Below, piece after piece: positions 35,801 to 44,345 of a stretch of 64,000 nucleotides of DNA (its first letter is position 1; the number at the start of each line of letters is the position of its first letter). The position numbers and the translations under genes are program-made. This DNA comes from Candidatus Cloacimonadales bacterium (GTDB taxonomy: Bacteria > Cloacimonadota > Cloacimonadia > Cloacimonadales > JAFGVF01). Location: assembly GCA_963678375.2 (NCBI GenBank), contig OY782831.1:33447-97446 (forward strand), read 5' to 3'. A model generated the notes under the pieces. It worked only from the letters and a program-made list of their open reading frames with translations. It ran no database searches and had not been told where the DNA came from.

Positions 35801-36607
35801 ACTTTGAGAATCGTTGTAGACTCCAGCAGGAGGATTAAAAATTGGCATAGAAACTTGTTCATCTAAAGTTGATCTTGCTAAACGTAAACCAACAATCGCA
35901 TTTCTTGATGTTGGTGTTAAAATACTCCTATGAAATACTCTTGAATTTAAGAAAGGATTACTCCAACTACCTCCACGAATGCATCTATGTGAGCCACTAC
36001 TTGATCCATGAGGATTAGTTTGATCATTTGTGGGATATTCACCATATAGATCCCAACATAGCTCAAAAATATTACCACTCATGTCATATAAACCTAACTC
36101 ATTAGGAGCTAGTAATCCAACTTCATGTGAGCTACTAGATGAATTTTCATTATACCAGGCTACAGCGTTTATGTTTTCACTTCCACTATAAGTATAATTA
36201 TTTGAGAGATTCCCTCCCTTAGCAGCGAACATCCATTCCATTTCTGTTGGTAATCTATAACCATTATTTTGAAAATTACAGGCAAAATTTACCTGATTTA
36301 GAGCTGTAGAATTCCAACCTTCTGGCCAAGCTGCAGGATCATAACCATAATCTGCATATGAATAGCAGGGTGTTAAATTCTCTTCCACACTTCTTAAATT
36401 ACAATATACTAAAGCATCATACCAAGAAATCATTTCTATAGGGTGATTAGGATTATTACCATTATCATAATTATAGGACAGATTTTCTCCTATCAATGCT
36501 TCATATTCAGATTGTTTTAATTCATAATTAGATATGTAATAAGATGAAAGTGTGATGTTAGACGTTCCATTATTAAATGTTCCTCCTTCAACTAAGACAA
36601 AAGTAGT
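32831..36607 (-). repeat. four intragenic tandem repeats of about 1.0 kb (one FGE module plus linker each)
   Basis: The landmark GCAAACATCCA(T/C)TCCAT recurs near 33193, 34221, 35234 and 36229. Copies 1 and 4 share a 45-nt stretch with one mismatch (33186-33230 vs 36219-36263). Confidence 0.8.
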
Positions 36608-36967
36608 TGGGATTTCATTAGTAACAGCAGCAACGTAATAAAATCTTGTTTCATTACTTAGAGGAGCTGTCCAAATATTACCAGAGAAAATGCCCGACAA
36701 GTCTTCTTCAAAATCGGTTAGGGGCTTAGTAGATGAATAAACTTTATAAGAGTTTATACCATTAACTTCATCCCAAGTAAGACTTAGAGTGTTATTATCA
36801 GTATTAATACTTATTGAGGTTCCATCAACAAACCGATTAGAATGTTCAGTTGGAAAGGAAATTGCTACGTTGACTTGGGGTGTCTTTTTGGCTTGTATAG
36901 TTGAAGGACACATTAATAAAAAAATAATCATAAAAAAATAATAACAAGAAACACGAGAAATTTTCAT
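32831..36967 (-). CDS. secreted multidomain protein: FN3-like N-terminus plus four tandem FGE-sulfatase (SUMF1/C-type-lectin-fold) domains separated by chitobiase/Fn3-associated-type linkers
   Basis: Signal peptide ..LLMCPSTIQA. Four copies of VEGGTFNNG..(Y/F)E(V/L/M)TQ..YRLPTEMEWMFAA(K/M)GGN..NELG(L/F/I)YDMSGN(I/V)(F/W)E(L/F/W)CWD..(R/K)GG(S/G)(W/F)..GFR. Linkers such as GATIRYTLDDSEP. Start moved to ATG 36967 (MKISRV), preceded by GGAGG. Confidence 0.8.
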   Translation of the reverse strand: MKISRVSCYYFFMIIFLLMCPSTIQAKKTPQVNVAISFPTEHSNRFVDGTSISINTDNNTLSLTWDEVNGINSYKVYSSTKPLTDFEEDLSGIFSGNIWTAPLSNETRFYYVAAVTNEIPTTFVLVEGGTFNNGTSNITLSSYYISNYELKQSEYEALIGENLSYNYDNGNNPNHPIEMISWYDALVYCNLRSVEENLTPCYSYADYGYDPAAWPEGWNSTALNQVNFACNFQNNGYRLPTEMEWMFAAKGGNLSNNYTYSGSENINAVAWYNENSSSSSHEVGLLAPNELGLYDMSGNIFELCWDLYGEYPTNDQTNPHGSSSGSHRCIRGGSWSNPFLNSRVFHRSILTPTSRNAIVGLRLARSTLDEQVSMPIFNPPAGVYNDSQSVIISTSTPGATIRYTLDDSEPNENSDIYYGPIDVYSSLNIKAKAYKNDMIPSMIGQAEFLIQPESFILVEGATFNNGTADVTLSSFYLDKYEVTQSSYLEIMGTNPSYFTGNLNRPVEQVTWFDAIEYCNRRSIQENLNPYYCYDSYGVNPDDWPNDWDDHNSKQHNVHLNAYANGYRLPTEMEWMFAAMGGNQSSGFNYSGSNNIWDVAWFNANSLYITGGSENPDYGTHSVGTKQANELGFYDMSGNVFEFCWDFMGEYSDVQQTNPTGAPTGDSRVMRGGGWNCSEDLCLIDYRTESTITDPFIHIGFRCARNTLDRQVEAPNFNLSSGIYTNSQDIIITCSSLGAEIRYTTDGSEPTESSLLYSSSIEINYSTLLRARAYKDGLYPSVISEAEYFIVPDNFVQVEGGTFNNGFANVTLSPFLIDKYEVTQAGYQAVMGNNPSYFADNGNKPVENVSWFDAIEYCNRRSIQENQLPCYSYGIYGSNPDNWPSDWNSDSNNTLNISCDWSVNGYRLPTEMEWMFAAKGGNQSLDYTYSGSNNVWDVAWFSGNASQISGGTSNPDYGTHEVGTKDGNELGIYDMSGNVWEWCWDHEGSLSNTNQINPTTDQTNPSKLIKGGGWQYGNDNCLINHRGFIANTTLHWGNGFRCVRGIHQEQVSTPSFGHPGGHGYDTFNVRIECETFGSVIRYTTDGSEPNSNSTVYTSGIFVSSNHTILKAKAFKPGLFDSETGVFEYWIFPPDFKYVEGGTFNNGSSQVTISSFYMDKYEMTQINYQNIMGTNPSHYPNYYSKPNRPVDSVNLVDAISYCNRRSTSEGLTPCYTYQNYGSNPDDWVPFIQNHTFNEEYITCNFNASGYRLPTEMEWMFAAKGGNQSENYTYCGSNNLDEVGWYSDNATSHCSVGLKQANELGIYDMSGNVWEWCWDYYAPYPNTPQVNPTGPVTGDQRMIRGGSFAESSYACTNIARASMNYATRAWIIGFRLVRSIP

Positions 36968-37312
36968 ATATTCCTCCAAGATTGTGGTTTCCTTTTCAAA
37001 TATGCTTAATATTAATAAATATCTTGCATTAGTGCATCATAATAATTTTACTTTATGCTTATACTTAATTAATTGTCAAGTTTAAATTGAAACAGAATTA
37101 TTTATCGGTTTCTTTGATAAGACTGCACTGGTTAAGTTAACCTCTTCCAACTAGCTTTCTGATTGTCAAAACTTTTAATTTTTGCGTGATGCTTTTTTAA
37201 AAATTTCATCCAGCAAATTACTGATAATAGATTTGTTGTGAATTTATGATATAGAAAATATTCTGCTCTTATTAATTATTAGGTTTATTTTCTGAACAAA
37301 AACTTGTTATTT

Positions 37313-38227
37313 TTAACTGAAATCTGCAATAATATCATCAATTACCTTTAACAAATCTCTCTCTTGTTGTAGTTTTTTTCCTACATTTCCTAGCAACTGC
37401 AAAGGATTAATTAAATCTCTTATCCTTCCTAGTAAGTACCAATTATCTGGGAGTTTTGTCTCTGCATAAGAATTATAAGCCTGGGCAAAAAGTATTTTAT
37501 CATGTTTACTAAAGCATTCTTTGTAGCGGAAGAACTGTCCTACATCAGCTAAAGAATGTCCATTTGTACAGTATTCCCAATCTACTATATAAATTTCATC
37601 ATTAGAAGCTAGAATCATATTAGCTGGACGAAAATCTGAGTGAACAAAGCTCTTTAATCGCTCGATATCATCTAGAAGATTGTGATTGTTCATAAGAAAG
37701 TTGTGAATCATCTTTATTCTCTTTTCTCCTACAAGATTCTGAGTTTTTTTGTTGCTAAGAAAGAGATTAAACCAAGTTGAAAAGGGAGGTAGTTCAAATT
37801 CTTGAACTTTAAATATTGGTTGGAATGAATGTATTTTTGCCAGGGACTGTCCTACTTGGATTATATGTTCTTCTTTAATTTTCTCAGTGCAAAGAAAGTG
37901 TGAGAAATTCGAACCTTGGATAAACTCATAGAGAATAAAATACCTCTTATTGTTTTGTGAATAATCTAGCATTTTGGGTACTTTTATAATTGAAGCTAAT
38001 TCTTGATTTAAAGCTAGCTCATTAGCAACCAAAGCAGAATCTTGACTAGTTACTCTGAGCAAATATTTACCTGTCTTAGTCTTCAAGATAAAATTGCTAT
38101 TTCGGCAACCAATTTCTATTAGTTTTACCTCATCTATTTCATTGTGCTGGAAAATAGTAAATATTTCTTTTATTTGACTTTTATCTAGATTAAAATAAGG
38201 ACACGATCTTTCCCAGTATATATCCAT
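37313..38227 (-). CDS. phosphotransferase (APH/choline-kinase/homoserine-kinase-II-like) family protein
   Basis: 304 aa: Brenner-type VHSDFRPANMIL and IVDWEY motifs. Confidence 0.75.
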   Translation of the reverse strand: MDIYWERSCPYFNLDKSQIKEIFTIFQHNEIDEVKLIEIGCRNSNFILKTKTGKYLLRVTSQDSALVANELALNQELASIIKVPKMLDYSQNNKRYFILYEFIQGSNFSHFLCTEKIKEEHIIQVGQSLAKIHSFQPIFKVQEFELPPFSTWFNLFLSNKKTQNLVGEKRIKMIHNFLMNNHNLLDDIERLKSFVHSDFRPANMILASNDEIYIVDWEYCTNGHSLADVGQFFRYKECFSKHDKILFAQAYNSYAETKLPDNWYLLGRIRDLINPLQLLGNVGKKLQQERDLLKVIDDIIADFS

Positions 38228-38237
38228 AAGTATGTTT

Positions 38238-38262
38238 AAAGGCTGAGTTAAACTCAGCCTTT
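38238..38262 (-). terminator. hairpin between the PEPCK-like gene and the APH-family gene (weak terminator/attenuator candidate)
   Basis: AAAGGCTGAG-TTTA-ACTCAGCCTTT on the minus strand, with no clear U tail. Confidence 0.3.
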
Positions 38263-38278
38263 ACGCCTATTAAATTAC

Positions 38279-40009
38279 TTATAAATGAACATTTAATGAT
38301 TTTAAAAGATCAGCTAAAAGTTCTGGTTTGGTATTAACATCAGATTGTCTAATAAAATCTATTCTTTGTCTAAATCTATCAGCTACAATAGCTTTATAAT
38401 TTTCAATATTTTCTCTTTTTGTAGGATCATAACGATCATAATAACCGGGAAGTATTTTTTCAATAGATTCTCTTGTAGGTATTTGAGCCCCATTTAGTAA
38501 TGGCCAGTCTTCCCATTCTATCTTGTCCATTAAGATACCTGACTGTAGTGTTAAAGAAGTAGCAAGAGGAATTTTCTCTAAATCTTCATCTGAGCTTTTC
38601 CAATAACCTATTGAGTTAAAACAATAAACATCTGCCCCACCTTCAATAACATTGATGAAGGCTTTAACATCTTTCCAAAGTTCATACACTCGGAAAGGGT
38701 TAGCAAATGGCTCGAAAACAAGCTTATTAAGTTCTTCTTCAGTAACGTTTTCAGCTCTATTTCTTTTCGTCATAAGAGCAGTACCCATTGATACAGCCAA
38801 ATGTTTATTAGTAAATCTTATTACAGGAGGAAGTATTGTATCTTTCATCAACCAAGCTAGTGCTTTAGGGAAGCTACATTTGTTAACCCAATCTCCTAAT
38901 AAATCTCTATCAAACAAAGCTCTACCATTAGAGTTTCTCAAATCTAAACCAACTGGGGTTTTTACACCATCAATATCAATGATTGCATGGTTCATAAGTG
39001 ATAGGCAGTATTTCCAGTCTTTATGATCAGGTTCCCTACTGTCAGTTTTATCAAACAAGCTTGGTTCCCAGACTCTACAAACTTGTTCTTCCACATCAAT
39101 TTGGAAAGCATCGTCATGTAGAACAACTTTTTTGAAACCTTCAGGAAGTGTTTCACAGTTGTTTTCACTGTTGGTATGGGAGGATTTTCCTGTACCAGAA
39201 AGGCCATAGAAAGCAATAGATCTTTTGCCTAGACCATGGTGTTTTGCATCGTAGCATGTTGTGAAATCAATTTCTTTAATACCACCATGGCAAGCAGCCA
39301 TTCCTAATCTCATTCCAGAAGTCCAGGCTAAAGTTAAAGTACCTTTCTTTCTTTCTCCAAAGTACTTCATTCCAAAGTTAAAAATAACATTTTCTTTTTC
39401 ATCAACAAGGGCTAATTGAGGAGCACCAACATTATGGTAGTAAGGATCATTACTTTGCCAATCATTATAAGCAATAATAATAATATCTTGAATTGGCAAT
39501 TCTTTACTTTTCTTATATTGATCTTCAATGCATTCATAAGGAATAAAGTTAGTTAACCAATTAAACATGTTTGCAGCATCAGATTCTGTAGTTACATAAG
39601 TAGCCTTTATCATTAAATCAGAATCTAGACCAATAATAGCTTCTCCTTTAATCAGCTCTTGCTTTTGCATATCAAAGATAGCTTCTCTTAAGTCACCTTC
39701 AACCTTATTCTTTTTTGAAATATCTAATCTGTGATAGAATTTTCTAGCTTTAGCAGTTCTACCGATGATTTTCCCATGACAGTCATCAATAATCTTAGCC
39801 CCCTTAGGTAAGCCAACTTTCTTAGCAAATTCTGGATAAATTAAAAAATCTGTTTCTGATACTCCAGCTTGCTTTTTAGCCATTTCATAAGCTTGAGCTA
39901 CTGTTACTTTTCTCACACGTGAATTATTAACAACTGTTTCTGCAAGAGCTCTTATTTTAGACATATCTTGCAGATTATCATAATACTTAGCACTAGGTTT
40001 ACTAGCCAT
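38279..40009 (-). CDS. pckA: phosphoenolpyruvate carboxykinase (ATP)-like protein, divergent
   Basis: YFGERKKG, MAACHGG, FYGLSGTGKSS (kinase-1a P-loop) and LHDDAF are collinear with ATP-PEPCK motifs. Start moved to ATG 40009 (MASKPSAKYY), preceded by GGGAGGAAC. The track extension to 40105 contains the promoter. Confidence 0.55.
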   Translation of the reverse strand: MASKPSAKYYDNLQDMSKIRALAETVVNNSRVRKVTVAQAYEMAKKQAGVSETDFLIYPEFAKKVGLPKGAKIIDDCHGKIIGRTAKARKFYHRLDISKKNKVEGDLREAIFDMQKQELIKGEAIIGLDSDLMIKATYVTTESDAANMFNWLTNFIPYECIEDQYKKSKELPIQDIIIIAYNDWQSNDPYYHNVGAPQLALVDEKENVIFNFGMKYFGERKKGTLTLAWTSGMRLGMAACHGGIKEIDFTTCYDAKHHGLGKRSIAFYGLSGTGKSSHTNSENNCETLPEGFKKVVLHDDAFQIDVEEQVCRVWEPSLFDKTDSREPDHKDWKYCLSLMNHAIIDIDGVKTPVGLDLRNSNGRALFDRDLLGDWVNKCSFPKALAWLMKDTILPPVIRFTNKHLAVSMGTALMTKRNRAENVTEEELNKLVFEPFANPFRVYELWKDVKAFINVIEGGADVYCFNSIGYWKSSDEDLEKIPLATSLTLQSGILMDKIEWEDWPLLNGAQIPTRESIEKILPGYYDRYDPTKRENIENYKAIVADRFRQRIDFIRQSDVNTKPELLADLLKSLNVHL

Positions 40010-40072
40010 GGTTCCTCCCGAACTCCATTTATTTTTTATATAAATTTTTTGTTTGAAATAATCACACGGGGC

Positions 40073-40101
40073 ATTAAATAGATTCACAAATGACTTGTCA
40101 A
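40073..40101 (-). promoter_or_regulatory. putative promoter (TTGACA-N17-TTTAAT) of the PEPCK-like gene
   Basis: Minus strand reads TTGACAAGTCATTTGTGAATCTATTTAAT, 64 nt upstream of ATG 40009. Confidence 0.45.
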
Positions 40102-40213
40102 GCATACAAAAATTTTAAGCAAATAAATCACTCCTAAATATTTATTTAACAGAAGCTTAACTAATTCTTAACAATTATTACTTTTTTCCAAAATTGGAAT
40201 ATTGGGACTTTTT

Positions 40214-40253
40214 AGATAAAAAAATAAGAGGTCAAACTTATAAGTTTGACCTC
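40214..40253 (-). terminator. rho-independent terminator after rpmA
   Basis: Minus strand reads GAGGTCAAACTTATAAGTTTGACCTC followed by TTATTTTTTTATC. Confidence 0.65.
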
Positions 40254-40276
40254 AAAATTTTAATTTAATACTATAT

Positions 40277-40531
40277 TTAGGCAGGAACTATATTGATATA
40301 CTTTCTACCATTCTTTTTAGTAACAAATTGAACTTTTCCTTCAGATACAGCAAAGATAGTATGATCTTTACCAATACCTGTACCTATACCAGGATGGAAT
40401 TTTGTTCCTCTTTGTCTGACAATGATATTGCCAGCAATTACAAATTCATTTCCGTATTTTTTGACACCGAGATATTGAGGATTACTATCTCTTCCATTCC
40501 TACTCGAGCCAACACCTTTCTTATGAGCCAT
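40277..40531 (-). CDS. rpmA: 50S ribosomal protein L27
   Basis: [25 protein letters not shown].. canonical L27 N-terminus, 84 aa. Confidence 0.95.
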   Translation of the reverse strand: MAHKKGVGSSRNGRDSNPQYLGVKKYGNEFVIAGNIIVRQRGTKFHPGIGTGIGKDHTIFAVSEGKVQFVTKKNGRKYINIVPA

Positions 40532-40540
40532 TAGGTCCTC

Positions 40541-40855
40541 CTATCTTTTTATCTCTGTAATTTTAATTTCAGTGAAATTCTGTCTGTGGCCATTTTTCTT
40601 CTTATATCCTTGTCTTCTTTTCTTTTTGAACACAATGATTTTTTTGTCTTTTTTATGACCAATAATTTCTGCTGTTACAACAGCTCCTGCAACATTCGGA
40701 GTACCAAATGTTATATCCTTCTCATCCCTAAGGACAAGTACGTCGTTTATGCTAACTTTATCGCCAGCACTTTGATCAGCAAGGTAAGGCACTTTAACAA
40801 CAGCGTCTTTTTCGACCTTAAACTGATATCCTTTAAAATGAACTATAGCGTACAT
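40541..40855 (-). CDS. rplU: 50S ribosomal protein L21
   Basis: MYAIVHFKGYQFKVEKD.. 104 aa, directly upstream of rpmA. Confidence 0.95.
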   Translation of the reverse strand: MYAIVHFKGYQFKVEKDAVVKVPYLADQSAGDKVSINDVLVLRDEKDITFGTPNVAGAVVTAEIIGHKKDKKIIVFKKKRRQGYKKKNGHRQNFTEIKITEIKR

Positions 40856-40919
40856 TTTTTCTCCTTTATTTATATATAAAATAAGTTCTTAAACTATAAA
40901 TTTAATTCTCTATTATTTG

Positions 40920-42425
40920 TCAAGTACTATATTGATCTGTTATATCTTCATGGTTTTTTCCTTGATATACCCTAAAGTCATGACGATGCAATTTTTCATT
41001 AGATACAAACTCAACTTTAAATTTATAGTTCGAGTAAATATAATCAGGGTTGTCCAAGATAAAGGCTCTAATAGCAGGATTTACCTCTACTCTTAGTTGG
41101 TCTTCTTTGATAAAATATTCAGCCCTATTGAGCCACCTACTAATATTAACTAAGACAGCATCACAAGAGAGAATTCTTCCAGTGCCAAAGCAATAGGGAC
41201 AGGATTCAGAATATGAAGATATAATCGAAGGACGGATTCTTTTACGGGTAATTTGTACTAAACCAAGTGGTCCAAAAGGATAGGCTTTATTTCTTGCTCT
41301 ATCTCTTTTGAGCTCTCTTTTTAATACTTCTAACACTTCTTCTCTTGATCTATCTTCCCCCATATCAATGAAATCTATAATAATTATTCCGGATAAATCC
41401 CTAAGACGAATTTGTCTTGCTACTTCTTTAGCAGCTTCTTTATTAGTTTTAGTAATTGTATCTTCATATTTTGATTTTCCTGTAAATGAACCTGTATTAA
41501 CATCTATAGCAACTAAAGCTTCAGTTTGATCTATCTGGATATTCCCGCCTGATGGAAGGTATGATTTAGAATTGAAAATTGATTTAATTTTCTTCTCTAT
41601 ACCAAAAGCATCAAAAATCGGTGTATCTTCATTATACCATTCGATTCTATCTAGCAAATCGGGTGCAATATCAGAAATCTCGCTTTTAATTTCTTTAAGA
41701 AAATCAACATCATCAATAACGACCCTGCTAACTTCATCTCTAAAAAGATCTCTTATCAAGGTATTTTGAATTTTGTTTTCATCAAAGATACAGATAGGAG
41801 GTTTGGCATATTTTATTTGTTTTTCAATAACTTTCCAGGACTTAGTCAGGGCTCGATATTCTGCAGTTAATTCTTCGTCAGTACAACCTTCTGCTTCAGT
41901 CCTAACAATCAAACCATGGTCTTTTTCTTTAAGATTATAAAGAAAGCTCTTAAGTCTCTTCTTCTCTTTGAAAGATTGAATTTTACGGGAAACGGATATT
42001 TTTGTTTTGTTGGGGAAAAAGACTAAGAATTTACCAGGTATAGAGATTTGACCAGTTAGCCGAGCACCTTTCTTATTAATAGGTCCTTTCTGTACTTGAA
42101 CAATAATCTCTTGTCCAGGATGTAGATATTTTCCAATTTTGGAAGAATCGTTGGATTTATTGGTAACCTTTCCATCACCTTCAACTTCATCTAGGTAATC
42201 TACCATTATGTCGGTATAATGTAAGAAAGCTGTTCTTTCTAGACCGAGATCAATAAATGCTGCTCCCATTCCTGGGAGTACATCTTTAACAATACCTTTA
42301 TAAATATTTCCAACTATATTAGAAGTATTGGGTTTTTCTACTATAAACTCTAGTAGTTTACCATTTTCTAATACAGCTATTCTTTTTTCTAAAGGTGTAA
42401 CATTTGCTACTATTTCTAAATTCAT
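40920..42425 (-). CDS. rng: Rne/Rng family ribonuclease (RNase G-like)
   Basis: 501 aa: S1 domain GNIYKGIVKDVLPGMGAAFIDLG, catalytic core ..ALVAIDVNTG.., zinc-link CPYCFGTG. Confidence 0.85.
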   Translation of the reverse strand: MNLEIVANVTPLEKRIAVLENGKLLEFIVEKPNTSNIVGNIYKGIVKDVLPGMGAAFIDLGLERTAFLHYTDIMVDYLDEVEGDGKVTNKSNDSSKIGKYLHPGQEIIVQVQKGPINKKGARLTGQISIPGKFLVFFPNKTKISVSRKIQSFKEKKRLKSFLYNLKEKDHGLIVRTEAEGCTDEELTAEYRALTKSWKVIEKQIKYAKPPICIFDENKIQNTLIRDLFRDEVSRVVIDDVDFLKEIKSEISDIAPDLLDRIEWYNEDTPIFDAFGIEKKIKSIFNSKSYLPSGGNIQIDQTEALVAIDVNTGSFTGKSKYEDTITKTNKEAAKEVARQIRLRDLSGIIIIDFIDMGEDRSREEVLEVLKRELKRDRARNKAYPFGPLGLVQITRKRIRPSIISSYSESCPYCFGTGRILSCDAVLVNISRWLNRAEYFIKEDQLRVEVNPAIRAFILDNPDYIYSNYKFKVEFVSNEKLHRHDFRVYQGKNHEDITDQYST

Positions 42426-42454
42426 TGTAATCCTTTTACAGAATTACATCTCAG

Positions 42455-44188
42455 CTAATTTTCAAACTCCATTGGTAGAATTGCTTGGAGTGGATGTTGC
42501 TTGAAATTTTCCATTAAAACTTTTTGTTGGTAAATAGTTTCTGAAGTTTTTTTAAGTAAAATATTTTTTACTTCAGTAACTCCTAAACGCTCTGTAAGCA
42601 TATATTTGAAAAGATCCTTTCTTTTCGGATAATTTTCTCTCACATACTCTTGAACATTAGCCAATTTTGATGCTTCCAATACAGCATCTTTTAAAGAACC
42701 AACTTCATCAATCAATCCCTTCTCTTTAGCTGACAAAGCATCCCATATTTGACCTTGAGCTACTTCCTCGACATCAGCAAGGGTGGCAAATTTACCTGGT
42801 CGTCCCTCCATCACTATCTTCTTAAAAGATTCATAAACTGTGTCAGCAGAACCTTTTAAAGCGATAAGTTGCTGATCAGAGACTCCGTTTAAAGTATTTA
42901 GCCAAGTAGATTTTTTCCCAAATTCCAATTTGTCATGTGTAATACCTATCTTATCTTGAAGATTCTTTGCATCTGGAACCATCTGAACTACGCCAATAGA
43001 TCCAGTAATAGAATAAGGGTCTGCAAATATTTTATTACTTGCCATGCTTATCATATAGCCACCTGAGGCTGCTACGTCGCCCATAGACACAACAACAGGC
43101 ATTCTCTTATTGAGTCTTTTTAAAGTTTGTAAAATTTCTTCAGATTCTAAAGCACTACCACCTGGACTGTTAACTCTAATAACACAGGCTTTGATTGATT
43201 TGTCTTTCATAATATCATCCACTTCATCTTCTATCCATTTAGAAGTGAGTACTGAAAAATTGCCTTCTAATGGCATAATTGAGCCATTGAGATATAAAAC
43301 TGCTATTTTATCATATAATTTTTTATCGATTTTTGATTTAAAAGCTGACAGGTATTTTTGATAATTGATTAATGTACCAGATTTTTTTTCTTCTTCTCTT
43401 AAATAATCAGTTTCGAAAGCCTTTTCCTGTATTAAACCTGTCATAATCACTTCGTCGGGTTCTAAGAACATATATTTTTCATTGTTTATTATGCTCTCTA
43501 ATACTATTGAAGATACATTTAATTCTTGTGAAAGCTGATTTATATAGAGTTCATATCTTGCTTTTAAAACTCTACTTAGATTCTCTCTGGTCTCTTCAGA
43601 CATTGAATCTTTTGAATACTGAGTACCGTAATCTTTATATTTTCCTGCACTTATTATGTGCATTTGAATACCAACCTTATCAAACAAATTCTTATAGTAT
43701 GCCATGTTTACCCCAAACCCTTTAAGGAAGACACCAGCAGAAGAAGATGCTGAAATAGTTACCTTATCAGCAGCTGCTGCTAGTAACATATCGGTATTAG
43801 ATGCCATTGTTAAAAAAGCAAAAACAGGTTTGCCTGATAACTTAAAATCTTCTAATGCATCTATTATTTCGTTAAGTGATGCATAACCCATTGCTGCTAA
43901 CTGTGGTCTGATAAGAATACCATTAATTCTTGGATCATTTTTAGCTTTTTTAATCGCATCAACTATATCAAATACTGTAGCTTGTGTATCAAAAAATGTG
44001 GAGTTAGAAAAACGTGAATATTCAGCTATTGGACCCTGCATGTCTATTGAAAGAAGAGAACTATCTTTGATATGTACAATATCTTTGGAAGAGATTTTAC
44101 TTAATCCAAAGATTAATAATCCAAAGAATCCTATAAGAATCAATATCGATGTTAAACATCCGAAACCGAAATATGCACCTTTCTTCAT
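42455..44188 (-). CDS. sppA: signal peptide peptidase SppA, 67K type
   Basis: 577 aa with N-terminal TM and two ClpP-like halves (..GYASLNEI.., VVVSMGDVAASGGYMISMA). Confidence 0.85.
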   Translation of the reverse strand: MKKGAYFGFGCLTSILILIGFFGLLIFGLSKISSKDIVHIKDSSLLSIDMQGPIAEYSRFSNSTFFDTQATVFDIVDAIKKAKNDPRINGILIRPQLAAMGYASLNEIIDALEDFKLSGKPVFAFLTMASNTDMLLAAAADKVTISASSSAGVFLKGFGVNMAYYKNLFDKVGIQMHIISAGKYKDYGTQYSKDSMSEETRENLSRVLKARYELYINQLSQELNVSSIVLESIINNEKYMFLEPDEVIMTGLIQEKAFETDYLREEEKKSGTLINYQKYLSAFKSKIDKKLYDKIAVLYLNGSIMPLEGNFSVLTSKWIEDEVDDIMKDKSIKACVIRVNSPGGSALESEEILQTLKRLNKRMPVVVSMGDVAASGGYMISMASNKIFADPYSITGSIGVVQMVPDAKNLQDKIGITHDKLEFGKKSTWLNTLNGVSDQQLIALKGSADTVYESFKKIVMEGRPGKFATLADVEEVAQGQIWDALSAKEKGLIDEVGSLKDAVLEASKLANVQEYVRENYPKRKDLFKYMLTERLGVTEVKNILLKKTSETIYQQKVLMENFKQHPLQAILPMEFEN

Positions 44189-44239
44189 CTCTCTACTCCT
44201 AAAAACCTTAAGTTTTGTAAAATATTTTTTAATAATTCT

Positions 44240-44267
44240 ATTATATTATATAAGTTAAGGGTGTCAA
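44240..44267 (-). promoter_or_regulatory. putative promoter (TTGACA-N16-TATAAT) of the sppA-rng-rplU-rpmA operon
   Basis: Minus strand reads TTGACACCCTTAACTTATATAATATAAT, 52 nt upstream of ATG 44188. Confidence 0.5.
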
Positions 44268-44345
44268 GGAAAATTATTCTACTCTTGGCATAATATGATA
44301 TTTTCATTTATTTAAATTTAATATTATCTAATTGAAAGGTTTAGA

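Noticed and set aside
40010-40105. N-terminal extensions of track ORFs: 40010-40105, 52590-52658, 20491-20580, 3918-3950, 36968-36979, 62575-62592 and 63983-63994.
   Set aside because: In each case a downstream ATG has a much better GGAGG-type RBS and gives a canonical N-terminus or signal peptide. In at least three cases (40010-40105, 52590-52658, 20491-20580) the extension also contains the TTGACA-type promoter. Starts were therefore moved inward.
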